64,000 bases of DNA from positions 575,614 to 639,613 of the forward strand of contig NW_003314334.1 in assembly GCF_000143415.4 (NCBI RefSeq), in the 5' to 3' direction. The notes under the pieces were generated by a model, which was given only the letters and a program-made list of their open reading frames with translations, had not been told where the DNA came from and did no database searches. Origin of the DNA: Selaginella moellendorffii. Lineage: Eukaryota > Plantae > Lycopodiophyta. Positions 47,839 through 60,624 of this stretch are shown here, one piece after another. The stretch's first letter is position 1; each line of letters begins with the position of its first letter. Position numbers and translations under genes: made by a program.

Positions 47839-48354
47839 TATGTATTATTGCCAAGTGGTGGAGGCATTGCTGGATTTTAAGGCGAATCTCCATATATAAA
47901 AATTAAACATTATGGGTAGTAGCAGAGAAAGAATCTCCAGGCCAATCTCCAGTTCTTCATGTCTTGACAGCTCACATTAACAATTAACATTGTGAATTTA
48001 AACAACAAACCACTCTCCAATCGCGTGTGGAGCAGCAGCAAGCAGCTCGAGCACCAGAAAGAGCTCGCAATGAGCTTGCATGGAACAATGGTTAATCTGG
48101 ACCAGCGCCCTAAATTCAAAGACTATTGAGCACGTGAATTTCTGAGCATTTCCAGACGCGTTTGTAAGAAAGACAAAGAAAATAAAAATGCCACGGACTT
48201 TATAACATTCCCACACTAAAATTCGTCCACGAGAATTTTTATCGACCATCCATCGAATTCTATGTTCATGGCTGGAAATCCTGCCGCATTATTTCTTCCA
48301 GATGATACACCCCAATCTTTCAAGTAACTTACCACGCTGTGTTGTTCTTCACGC

Positions 48355-48858
48355 TTACCAGGGATACTTTGGAGAGGCCGGGGGAGAGGCCTTCATCTTG
48401 TTCTTCGGCTTCTTCTTCTCCCAGCTCGCGTATCCGCACAGCCCAAACTCGCACTGGCTGTGCTTGGAGCAAATATTGTCGCAGCTCCCACAGTGCTTTC
48501 GATCGCGGAGTAGATCCACGCACTTCCCCGCACAGCAGCTAAAGCCATACGTGCAAGGCTTGTTACACCCTCCACAGTTGCTGGGATCCACTTTAGTGTC
48601 GACACAGAACCTGTTCCAGCAGCACTTCGTCCCACCCGATGGAAACTTTGCCGGATCCTTGCAGACGCTGGCATTGTGAGCGCACCAAGTGAACTGCCAC
48701 TGCTGGCTCCCGGAGAGATAGTTGCTTCTCAAGAAGTTGGAGTGGCCGGGCTTTGGAGAGTCCCTCTCAGAGCCATCCTCATCCTCGTTCGCGGCTGCTA
48801 AGGCTGTGTTGTAGAAGATGAAAGCGAGTACCACCGACGTGCAGATTGAGTTTCTCAT
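48355..48858 (-). CDS. STIG1-family secreted Cys-rich protein
   Basis: Signal peptide plus CCWNRFCVDTKVDPSNCGGCNKPC...CCAGKCVDLLRDRKHCGSCDNIC...CEFGLCGYA (Stig1 domain). Confidence 0.92.
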   Translation of the reverse strand: MRNSICTSVVLAFIFYNTALAAANEDEDGSERDSPKPGHSNFLRSNYLSGSQQWQFTWCAHNASVCKDPAKFPSGGTKCCWNRFCVDTKVDPSNCGGCNKPCTYGFSCCAGKCVDLLRDRKHCGSCDNICSKHSQCEFGLCGYASWEKKKPKNKMKASPPASPKYPW

Positions 48859-49849
48859 CGCTGCTGCTGCTCTGCCGAGGAAAGCTTACGACCTCCTCGC
48901 GCATTTGCTCGCCAAAAATCTGCATCTGCCGGGAAGCATCTCAGATTCGTGAAATGATACGATTGAGAAGGACAAGCAGAAAAAGAAAGGACTATGCAAA
49001 GACAAAGCGATTCACAGAACTCTTGCTTTGACAAGAAAGTAAAGAGGGACTCTGCGGGACCAAAGAAAACCAAGGCAAACGAAGCCAAGCATAAGAACGC
49101 GGTGGTCCCAAAAACTAGACGTATGGAATAAGTAGATGCATATCTCAAGCTTACCTTGCATGTGCTCTTGGAAAGAGAAAACGAACCAAGCTCATCTTAT
49201 TTGACCATCTGATATCGGCGGGTCATCCCAAGGAGGCCGAGATAATTCTATCATCGCATGAGAACTATGTCTGCTAGGAAGTCAACCTGCAATGGCGAAC
49301 AAATGGAATCCAGTACTAGAAAACAAACCTCGTGTTTCATAGGCGAGAAGTCTGTGTGATTCTCCATTCGTGTTCACATGACAGCAGTATGACTTCTGAT
49401 CATCACGGCTGAATCTCCAGCTTCAGCACTTTATGATCAATCGTCAGCTCATAGGATAAACAAAAACTTACATAGCAAAAGTCTACAAGAGTGAGTACAA
49501 TATGAAGGACATTCTCAAAGCACGGTTGGCTTAGTGAGCAAAAGGGCTTTTCGTACTTAGCAGCGTGGAATCCTATCGAGAAATAATTTGATAATAATCG
49601 ATCACCCTAGTAAGAGATCATTAGCTTTTATCTCAAGGTACTTTTGGTAAGTGTTCTTCATGGCTCTTACTCTGGAAAGATACCTGTCAGCTTTTAACGT
49701 TAGTGGCACGTGGCAACATCCTAGAGATCCAGAGTCCACGCAAACAAGTTCGAGACAAGGTGGTGCTTGGGTAGCATGCAATTTGTGACTTAATTTATGA
49801 CTTGAAACGTATATTAGCCTAACAAAAGTGAAGACTTAACTTAAATTGC

Positions 49850-52800
49850 ACTTATGTCTATATTCCATTAGAGCCTATCACTGCTTAGACTTTAAAAATG
49901 ATCTTCAACTTGCCATATAACTAATTTGAGTTTATAATATTTGTTCATTTTGTAAGTTTTTAAATTTAAACTTAAGTGTAATATTATTAGGACATATACC
50001 CTTAATTAATTGGAAAAGGGGTGTATTCTTATTCATGGGCTCTTTTTTTTATATTTAAACCTCTATAGAATCACTTAACCCAGTATTACTCAAACCCAAA
50101 AATGCTTAATTTTAAAATCCCAATACCTTACTCGATTGGAAAATAGAGTACACTTTTATTCATAGGCTCTTTTCTTCTATATTTAAATTTTTATAAATTA
50201 TCTTTGAGTAAATAACCATAATTTTTTGTAAGTTCATGCCCTTATAACTCTCCTAAGAGCCTTGCTCTCTTTATACTTTTCGGATTGAGGCAAAGCAAAC
50301 GGAACTACCAAATGTCAATTTTATGTGTTGTGATTCCCCTAGCCAATCAAGATATCAAATGTAAGCTTTTAAATTTGGACTTTCTAGGAGGTCACTCATT
50401 ATTCAAACCCAAAAATGTTTAATATTAAATATCCCAAGACCTTTAACCAATTGGAGAATACTCTTATTTATTGAATTTTTTTTTTATATTTGAATCTTTA
50501 TGAATTGTTTCTTAAGTCGTTATCTTTAGTTACTTACATGATTTATATAAAGCTAAGAAATTTCTTCTTGTTGCAATATTATTTTACAACTTGAATATGA
50601 TTTATATCCAAATCAATAATATTAATATCTTGATGGCAAAGTTATAGTTGGAGATGTTAGCAACGACTATTAAGGATGTAAAGAAGAAAAAAAGAAGAGC
50701 TTTACCAAAGGTTTGCTCATACAAAATAGCTATTTTCATGGATCACACTTAATATATTTTTATAGTGCTAGGATATTTAAAAGATGTGTAGATCTACATC
50801 TAGCTTTCTATGCTGCATAATTGCATATAAACTTCATAAGCAAAATACTAGATTTAGAAAAGCAATCTTTGTAAAGACAAAAGCTGCACTATTTTGGAAA
50901 TTAATACTAACTTGAAAGAGGTTGTTAGATAAGTTTGGAGTTGGTTTTACAACTACTTAGTGATTAATATGTGATTTTGTGAAATTATTGATGAGAAGCT
51001 GTAGAAGCTATATATCGAATAGCTATCAGAAGATAGGCTACAATCACTTGCTTCTAAGTTTGAAATATTATGAAGGATTTTGCATATAATTGGAGTTACT
51101 AATTGTGGCCATATACCAATTATTGCTCCAAATGAACCACAACAATACTACAATTTGTGAGAAATAAATCCCTAAGCCCCAAAGTGGAGCCAAAAGTGTG
51201 CCATGTGGTAGTGGTCGAAGCGGAAGTTCAATGAGTATAACACATTTGGACAAAAAGTTCCAACTTGAAAAGTTGAGAGTGTGAGTGGAACTCCAAATGA
51301 AGTGCTCGAAGAATGAACATAAAGCGATTGATGAATGAGTCTATAAAAAGGGAAATAAGAAGGACTAATACATACAAATGTTATGACCAAGTCTAAGATA
51401 AAATCTGAGATGGGGTTTAAAGTGAAGCCTGAGGTCAAATCTAAGATGGAGACTAAAACTGGGTTCAAGATTGAGGCCAAAACCAAGACTGAATTCGAGT
51501 CCAAATACTAATATAGGTCAAAGCATGAAAGCCCAAAGCAATCGTCCCCCCCGGGGTGGGGGGGGGGGGTGTCCAAGGCTGCGGGGGGTTTTAAAAGTAT
51601 AGTATGGAGAGTGTGGGGGTTAAACTCTAGTAGAACTATTTTGGCTAGGAAAAGTTAATATTACCCAAGAAGGTTACACTCATATAGTGTATAATGATAT
51701 GACTATTGAGGAGTTCAAGGCTAAAGTGAATATAGACAGATTAATGGGGTAGCTTGGTGAAATGTTCAAGAGTCAATTCTAAATCCCTTGGGAAATTGAA
51801 TAGTTAATGCTCCTAATCCAAGTGTGGGTAGCACTACCTACTTGAATACTTGATATGGCTTAACAAAACCTCACTCTAGACACATGGCTAGGCACCTAAG
51901 GGCAAAAGGTGGGGAAAGTACCTATAAGGCTTATATAACGCTGGTATTTCGAATTGTTATCCTAAAGTTTCGGATTGTGGAAAGAAAAAGGAGTAATTTT
52001 TTTGTGTAATGACCAAGGACATGGTCATATGGTGAAGAAGTCCCAGATGTCAATAGGATTTAGTTGCCAAGTCTTTGAACTCTAACCCAATAACAGTATT
52101 GGTGAGTACGACTGTGGATGAAGAGGGATTTAGTAGGGACCGAAGTAGAGATATTGAAGAAGGGTGCTCTCTATATTTTTAGGCGTCTTAAGGATGCTAA
52201 ATTATGGTTATGGGATGACTATTCATGGACAGATGGCCCAGTTTTTGAGAAATAAGATTATGTTACAAGTGATCTTGAACTACTAATGAAACAAAGGTAA
52301 ATGAACATAACCTTAGCATAACGAGTTAATATGTTAATGGTACATTTGGGGTGTCTGTAATGGATTAGACATATGGAACACTTAGACCAAATGCAAAGGT
52401 AAAGTGGTATAAAAAACATTTATGGGGCTAGCAATTCCCTAAGTTAGGAATAAGGTTTATGAAGATTGTGAGTGAGACTCTTCCAAGTACTCACAAGTGT
52501 GGTTAAGTGACTAAAATAAAATAGAAAAATTAATCACTTACACAATTGAAAAAGTTTTTACTTTACTAAATGATTGTCTTAGCAAAGTGTATGATTTAGG
52601 ATTATAACTTTGGCTAGATATGAAGTCTTCATGATTGGACTATTGTAAAATACAAATCCTTAAACCCTAATGTGGAGCTGAAAATGTGTCATGTAGTAGT
52701 GGCCAAAGTAAAAGTTTAACAAATATAACACATTTGGATCAATACCAATGACTTGAAAAGTCGAGAGTAGAAATGGAACTCCCAAAGAAGTGCTCAAGGA

Positions 52801-54600
52801 ACAAGCATGAACAATTGATAAATGAGTCTTTAGAAAGGGATATAAGAAGGACTAACACATGGCAAGTGTCATGACACATACGTGAAAGTGTCAAAACCTC
52901 ACTTTAGCCATATAATTAAGGCACCATAAAGGCAGAAGGTGGGGAAAGTACCTACAAAGTTTATATTAAGCTGCAATGTTTTAAAATATCATCCCAAAAT
53001 CCCACACCATGGAAAAAAGAAAAGTGGTCCTTTTGTTTGGTGAGCAAGGGTATAATTATGTGGTGAGGATGGTGGGAATTACAAAATGGCCTTCAGGCTC
53101 TTGGCCAATGGTGGTGTTGGCAAGCAGTACCATAAACGAAGAGGGATATATATTGGGGGATAATGTTCCTCATGTTTTAGGGCATCTTAAGGATGTTAAA
53201 ATGTGGACTACTCATGGATAGATAGTCTAGTTTTGGAGAGATAAAACTGTTATGTGAGTGGTTTTGGACTATCAATAAAATAAGTGTGAATAAGTATGGC
53301 CTTATCATAATAGATTAATATATTGGAGGTACCTTTGGGTATCTATAGTGGGATTGGACATGTGGAACACTTGGGCTAACTTTAAGAGCAACTATAAAGG
53401 TTAGCAAGTCCCTTAAGTTGGATAAGGATGAAAGTTGTGAGTGATACTCCTTCAAGTGGTCAAAGACATCGTTAAATGACTAAAATAAAATGAAAAATTT
53501 AGTCATCTATAACCATTTTCTAGAGAATTCCAAGTGGTCATATCTTAGAAGGTATGCTTTAGTTGGCAATGTAGGTATAAGGATGGCAACTGAAAGAGAA
53601 TTTGGGATGTTGAAGGCTTATTTTAGGATTTTACTAAAAATAAATGACTCAATAATAAAGAATGTGAAGGATCAAATGTTTAATCCTCCACTACCTTTAT
53701 AAATTAGATCCTAATTCAGTTGATCAGGAATTAATAGAAAAAAATCATTTTAAAATAATAAATTTCACCATCAATCAAAGCTATGAAGTCACTAAGAGTT
53801 ATAAAAACTGCGAAAGCAGCTACTTATGATTCTCTAGGATTTGAGCAATAAATTAAGTAGTGGGGGGTGAATTGCAATGAGCCTTAGAAGGGTTTGATCA
53901 GTTCAAAAACATTAGTTAGCAACAAAAGCTAAGGTAAATGCCAAATGATGCAATGCATTAGCCTTAAGTCTCTTTATAAACAAATAGATTTAGAAGTGAG
54001 AGTTAGATTTCCTAAAAATCATTATGATATAGAGAGTGAAATGGATGTTAACTAAAAAGTTGAAGCTAATATAGAAAAAACTTCTTCTAAAGTACTATCC
54101 TCTTACTTGATCTTCTTCTTTTTTTGTGCTTTCTCCTCATCTTTGGATTAAAATTTGGGTTTTTTAAGTTGTAACAACTTGAGCATATGACTTTTCTAAC
54201 TTATGGTTTGTCACTAAAATGCTCATCAACCATACAACTTGAAAACAAACCATAAAATTTAAACTAAAATTGGTGAAAAAAATGTCACAATATCAGGTTA
54301 AAAAAGTCACCATTTGAAAAACAGTTAAGAAGTTTCAAGAATTCAAAACACTTACAACTTAAGCTAAAATACCCAGTTGAAAAAAAATACTATACTTATT
54401 ATTCCCAGATTTCTCTATTATCTTCCTTGTAATCTTTTAGATCAATTCTAATTTTTGCAAACACCATCAACACAAATTGAAGATATGAAGCTATAAATCA
54501 ATCCCTTGTTTGGGAGGCTTCTTGAAATCCACCTCTATCTCAACTCAAAGAGAAATCAAGTTAATCATTTAGTGATCTTTTCACTTTATACACTTGGTTT
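49850..54600. mobile_element. Degenerate LTR-retrotransposon remnants with internal duplications
   Basis: AT-rich and CpG-depleted. Duplicated segments ~51170-51390 vs ~52660-52870 and ~51865-52530 vs ~52895-53505. Zinc-knuckle-like remnant near 52000, poly-G tract 51552-51570, GGGGGGTGAAT LTR-border-like motif at ~53862. Confidence 0.55.
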
Positions 54601-54749
54601 TATCTAAATGCCTAGTACTTGAGATATTGACTGGTTACTGCCATTTACTCTTTCTTCACTAGTAAGTTCCCATGTGTATTATACCAAGTATTGAAATTAA
54701 GAAAAAAAAATTAATTATTAAATAATTTTTTTATCCTAATAAATTATTT

Positions 54750-55205
54750 GAAATGAGTTCTAGATATGTGTAAGCTTGTTTCCTCAAATTAATTCATTTT
54801 ATAATCAGTCAGATGTTTGTGAATATAAATATAACCTTTTAGATTTTTTGAGTCAAAGTAATACAAGGTACAAAGAATTTTCTCTTAGCAGCAATATAAT
54901 TGTAGCTATTGTTATTCAATAATATTAACCAAGGATTCTAATTAAATCCTTATAATTATGGAGGATTTATTTAATTAGATAACAGCATTACACACTATAA
55001 TATCTATGTTATAAGTTATTATATCCTAAGTTGCTGTGATTTAATAATAAGCTAGTACAAGGAGGCCTCAAAGATATTATCCTAGCATTGGCAAAGGGCA
55101 TCCTGGTAGTGGCTGCTGGAGTCAAAATGAGATCCTGCCTTCTCCTCTTGTCTGGGTTTGCCAAGTTGTACTACACATTTCTCATATGTAAATAAAATAT
55201 TTTTT
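54750..55205 (+). pseudogene. Decayed paralog of the 55784-56273 secreted-protein-like gene
   Basis: Collinear matches (GATGTTTGTGAAT, AGAATTTTCT, CAATATAATTGTA, CCAAGGATTCTA, CCTTATAAT..GGAGGATTT) with stops and indels. Confidence 0.6.
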
Positions 55206-55783
55206 AAATATAAAAATGTTTCACTAATTTAACACTTTTTAAATTTTATATATATATATATCCTTTCTAGATTTAATACATAAGAGCTTTGATCCCATGT
55301 TCGTCCTCTAGAGTAAACACAGGAGGAAAATGGCAAACTCACTTCATAGTGGATCTAAACAGAGAATTAGGTTTGGTAGACTCAAGAAAAGGACCATGAT
55401 GACTAGAGGATGATCATAAACAATTATACTTTAGTGAGGGGAAGATTGTTATGCACTAGGTTAGGATAATAAGACAAACATACTTAGTTATCAAATGCAG
55501 TTTCCTAGTTGCTTCACATCCAGAATATTCTAATATGTTTGTTTCGTTTTTGCTACTTTATGAATAGTTATAGGATCTAGATAAGTATTAAATCCTAGAT
55601 ATATCATCCCACCAAGTGGAAACCATTAAAAGTAGATATATGTACACTATTATTGCTGCTTGATGACAGAAACATATTTTAATCCTCCGGTCTATATATA
55701 AAAAGTTGATGAATGACTGAATAAATTATGTACTACTGGTCAGTGTACATATTCTTATTTTCAAAATAGGCAAATTCTGTAAA

Positions 55784-56273
55784 ATGATAATTAAATTTTT
55801 CCTAATAGTAGTTTTGTTATTTGGTTAATAAGATATCTGGGATGAGCACTACATATATAAAAGCTTGTATTCCTCTAGTTAATCCATTCTATAACCAGCA
55901 AGATGTTTGTGAATTTAAATATGACATTGTAGAATTTGTGAAGGAGAATAATACAGGCTATACAGAATTTTCTTACACCAACAATATAATTGTAACTGTT
56001 GTTGTTACATCATATTATCCAAGGATTCTAGATGATATAGTTGAAGCTTATAATATCATATTGGATGAGTGTGTAACACCTTATAATCATGGAGGATTTG
56101 TTCAATTCGATAATGGACAATTACATATAGCAATATCTAGTACAGGACCTTCTCATACTGATTTGTTATTAAACTATAACAATAAAAAGTATTATAACTT
56201 ACTACATAGTTTATATAATGTATGGACGAGATGTTCTACACATTTTTCATTTGTAAATAAAAATATCTGTTAA
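55784..56273 (+). pseudogene. AT-rich small Cys-containing secreted-protein-like gene with a frameshift after the signal peptide
   Basis: TATATATAAAA at ~55693. ATG 55784 gives MIIKFFLIVVLL, one base out of frame with the 150-codon ORF 55821-56273. Confidence 0.45.
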
Positions 56274-56516
56274 AAATAAAAAATAATTGTCATAGTTCCT
56301 AGCTTTAATAATTCTCAAGGAGAAAAAAGATCCAATTAAATTTAATAATAAGAAGAATATTATAAATTAATTATATTTTCTTGTTAAAATTATTAATAAA
56401 GGAAACAAAAAATAAAAATATTTTATAAAAAAAGATAAAAAGGAAAATGGTGATTAGTTTAAGTATATACTCTGAATATCCGTTGAATGATTCGTAAAAC
56501 TGAATTAAAAAAACCC

Positions 56517-56873
56517 TTAAGTTGTATGGAGAAGATTGCAAATCTCTTCCAGTGCGAAGGTGGCAGCATGGTGAGAGTGTTTGATTCTTCCACCATAAGC
56601 CCAGTAGACAGAGGGGTGGAGATCACGATCAAGAGAACGAGGATGTAAAGAACTGCTAATAGGTAGACAAATCCAAAGTTCTCCGGCGAATGCATGGCTT
56701 CCAAAATCTCTCTGGAAGATCAAGTTTCTATATGTTAGAAGAAGAACAAACTCTAGAATTGCAAGAACTCACATAGTTATACCATGTCCTCCAAAATCAA
56801 ACAAGATGGTTGTGGGACCCGTGAAGAACCCTCTCATGTTTCCAGCTCCTCAGTGAATGATGCCAAACTCCTG
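56517..56873 (-). pseudogene. AUX1/LAX-like gene fragment (two exons) with stop and frameshifts
   Basis: GIIH*GAGNMRGFFTGPTTILFDFGGHGIT|...LEAMHSPENFGFVYLLAVLYI.../SVYWAYGG.../SNTLTMLPPSHWK matches the AUX1 FTGATNILYTFGGH...AMWKP...VYWAFGD region. Confidence 0.75.
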
Positions 56874-57282
56874 GAAAGAAAAAAGAGTTTTTTTTAGCTT
56901 GACACTTCGAATTTGACCGTGGACACCCAGACCTTTTGCGCAAGAACGCCTGTTTGATCATAGATTAAAGTTCTACTTAAGCAGCAATAGAACCCCTTAC
57001 GCTCGGTAGTATCCGCAAATAGTTAATCCGGACCAGCTGATCTTGGCGCCCGATTAAGCTTTAGACTAATGTGAATTTCTGAGCATTTCTAGACCGCATT
57101 TGTAAAGAAAGAAAAAATTACACAGACTTGATAACATTCCGCACTAAAATTCCATAAGAATTTTCATCGACCATCCATGTTCATGGCTGGAAATCTGCCA
57201 GCATTATTTCTTCCAAGTGATTCCCCCAATCTTTCAAGTAATTTACCACGCTGTGTTGTTCTCACGTTGTTCTTCACGCTTA

Positions 57283-57739
57283 CCAGGGATACTTTGGAGA
57301 AGCCTTCTTCTTCTCCCAGCTCGCATATCCAGACAGCCCAAACTCTCACTGACTGTGCTTGGAGCAAACATTGTCGCAGCTCCGACAGTGCTTTCGATCA
57401 CGACTAAATCTATACACTTCCCGGACAGCAGCTAAAGCCATACGTGCAAGGCTTGTTACATCCTCCACAATTGCTAGGATCCACTCTAGTGTTGATGCAG
57501 AACCTGTTCCAGCAGCACTTCGTCCCACCTGATGGAAACTTTGCCGGATCCTTGCAGACGCTGGCGTTGTGAGCGCACCAAGTGAACACCCACTGCTGAC
57601 TCCCGGAGAGAGAGTTGCTTTTCAAGAAGTTGGAGTGGTCAGGCTTTGAAGAGTTCCTCTCTTGAAAACCATCCTGATCCTCGTTCACGGTTGCTAAGGC
57701 TGTTTTGTAGAAGATTGGCGTGCAGATTGAGTTTCTCAT
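57283..57739 (-). pseudogene. Frameshifted STIG1-like duplicate, inside duplicated block ~57020-58250 (copy of ~48080-49370)
   Basis: High identity to 48355-48858, with a deletion in the signal peptide and a frameshift near 57420 (CCPGSV*). Confidence 0.85.
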
Positions 57740-58306
57740 CGCTGTTACTAGGAAAGCTTATGACCTCCTCGCGCATTTGCTCGCCAAAAATCTGCATCTA
57801 CCGGGAAGCAGCTCAGATTCGTGAAATGATAAGAATGACAAGTGGAAAAAGAAAGGACTATGCAAAGACAAAGAGATCACAGAACTCTTGCTTTGACAAG
57901 AAAGTAAAGAGCGACTCTATGGGGCCAAGGAAAACCAAGACAAGCGAAAAGAACTCGAATGCAGTGGTCCCAAAACTAGACGTATGAAGCTTACCTTCCT
58001 GTGCTCTTGGAAAAGAAAACGAAGCTCAACATGGTTGACCATCTGATATCAGCGTGTCATCACAAGGAGACGAGCTTTGAGATGATTTTATCATCTGGAT
58101 TTATCGCATGAGAATTTTATGTGCTGAGCGAGGTAGTAACCTGCAATGCCAGACAATACAATCCAGTTTCGATGGAGCTTGGATTCTGGTAGACTAGAAA
58201 ACAAAACTTGTGTTGTGTAGGCTGGAAGTCTGAGTGATTCTCCATTCATGTTCGAGTCATTCCGTGATCTTCCGACACCAATGTTTGGGCCTACAAATTT
58301 CAAGAT

Positions 58307-58980
58307 CACTAGTAGCATATTTGACACTCTTTTATACCATTTACTAATGAAATTGCTTTTAATTGATCCTATAGCCAGGAAAAAACTACTAAAATCATTT
58401 GTAAATGAGCTATATAAAACATAGCCAATAGTTTTATTGTTTAAATTGAGGGCTTTGCAAATTAGAATTTTCTTTGACTTGACAAAAAGCTTGTTGGGGA
58501 AGCTCTCCCAATAAACATCCTTCTATTGGGAGGTCCCCACAAATACTTTCAATGGGAAAAGCATTTTTCGGGTGGGAAATTTTCTTTATAAGATCTCTAT
58601 TAGAAGAAAAATCTTCCCAACAGAATATTATTGGGAAAAAAAAGTATTGATGGGCAGCCTTGTTGGGGTTCATTTTTCCAACAGGACAATTTTCCATCCC
58701 TTCTGGCAAAAAAAAAATTAAGCTATTGGGAAATATTTCAACCCATCAGAAGGAAAAAAAACTCTTATTTTGGCAGGTTGAAGATTTCATTCTATTGTGG
58801 AAGGACCGGCTAATTTAGCTTGCCACATCATGGCTATGTAATCAAAGCAAATCTATTGAGAAAATCTTGTTCAGAAATCTCATGTTGGGATCTCCAATTG
58901 GGAAGTCCCAACAGGAATAGGATTGTGAAGTTAGTATGACAATCTAGCTACTCACAATGAACTCCCACAATTCACTCTCA
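58307..58980. mobile_element. Possible non-autonomous CACTA-like DNA transposon remnant
   Basis: Begins CACTAGTAG at 58307 and carries many TTGGGA/TCCCAA motifs in both orientations (58490-58915), resembling subterminal repeats. No matching right TIR or TSD found. Confidence 0.35.
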
Positions 58981-60624
58981 GCCACTGGATTAAGGATATG
59001 TTAGAATATGCCTCTTCAATCCAATGGTTAGAAATTTATGCCTTTCACGAGGTACCTTGTGGCCACAAGGAATAAACAGAGATTCAACTGAATATTTTCC
59101 ATTATATATATTCATTCTTAGCGTTACATATGACTTACCATATATCTTGGACACATGGTAGTTTGAGGGGAGGATGTTTTTTGGGACAATGGTGAAAATT
59201 TTCAAGTTTTCAGTATTATGTATGATCTAAGAGCAAGAGTTACAATTATATTGTTAGTGTATATCAACATAGAGAAAAGGGATAAAGAAAACTAAAATTG
59301 GAGTGAATGAAGAGATGCATAGGCAACGAGTCTGTTGTTTCAAGAGCATGGGAGAGTTTGATGCTCTGGCCGATTTTGGTGCTCGACATATTTGTCTCAC
59401 CTCGAGCCAGCAGTTATAATCCTTAAAGCCGGGCGCGTCTGCAAGCAACCTTGCACGCTCGCAACACCTCAGGGAAGCTGTGGCTCGCAAAACTGCCGGA
59501 CATCCAGATCCAGATCCAGAGCCATGCCACCCCTTGCTCTTGTATCCTTCAGTGGACGCTCTCCTCAATAACCAGGGCAGTGTTCAGCTTGATCATGGCT
59601 CCTTCTCCGTCGGTCCAGCGGGACACAGGTTTGTTTTCGTGGCGTGCGTGCTGGGGCTCGTGTGTGGGAGGCTGGAGAATCTGGACGAGGCTGGCGGCGA
59701 GGCTATGGCTTTAGCTGTTGGAAATCCACTGACGAATGCGTGGAGAGTCCTTCCCGGAATTTAGGTCGAGGAGGAGCCGTGCAGATACTTGATGATAGTC
59801 AAGAGGTCGGGGCATTCACGGTCAATACAAACCTGTAAGCAAGCGCCATCCATCCCGTAAAGGATGGCGTCTCTAGCTTTATACGATAACGACGCGACTT
59901 CGAATGATAATCCATGGCGAAATCCTCAAATCCGACAACCACATGGCAGGAGCTCAATGAAACTATTGGTTATCTTCTTGAGGGACGACCAATTGTATTT
60001 GGCGAGGCAACTATTTTGATGGCGGGAGCGTTCGTTCCTTCATGTAATGCCCTAAAAACGCAATGATCTGCATGAATCTGCTCGCATGAGTTGGCTTGTG
60101 GTTGCGTCCATGGAGAAAAGAAAGGACTAAGCAAACTTCTGCTTTGACAAAAGCATGTGTGTCCTTTTGGGAAAATGAACGAACCAAGCTAAACTTCCGT
60201 CTAGGATCGGTCCGTCCTTCAAGAACCGAATGACGAGTTTACATGAGAACATGAGAACTTTTGTCTGAGCGAGGAACTTCAGTGAAATCTGCAATAGTGG
60301 ACAATGGAAATCCAATTTAGATGGGATGTTGTAGACTAGAAAACAAACCTCGTGTTAGTACGACTTCTGATTGTCAGGGCAGCTGGAAGAATTATGTAGT
60401 TGCGAGGATAGCGCAGCACAACTGTGATCAACTAAGCTCACAAAATTTACCAGGAGAAAAATGTCCCAGCTGCACAGTTTATACAGTTAAACCCAATCAA
60501 CAGAAACTTACACGGAAAAATTCCTGTAGAAGTGAGTGTACTACCTGTTACATATGTGTGAGCACATATGAAGAAGAGTTTCAAAGCACGACAAGATCTT
60601 ACTTCTCCTCGCGCCACCGAATGT

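Noticed and set aside
59270-60100. GC-richer coding-like fragments
   Set aside because: Frames are interrupted and no family is recognisable, so I cannot support a gene call.
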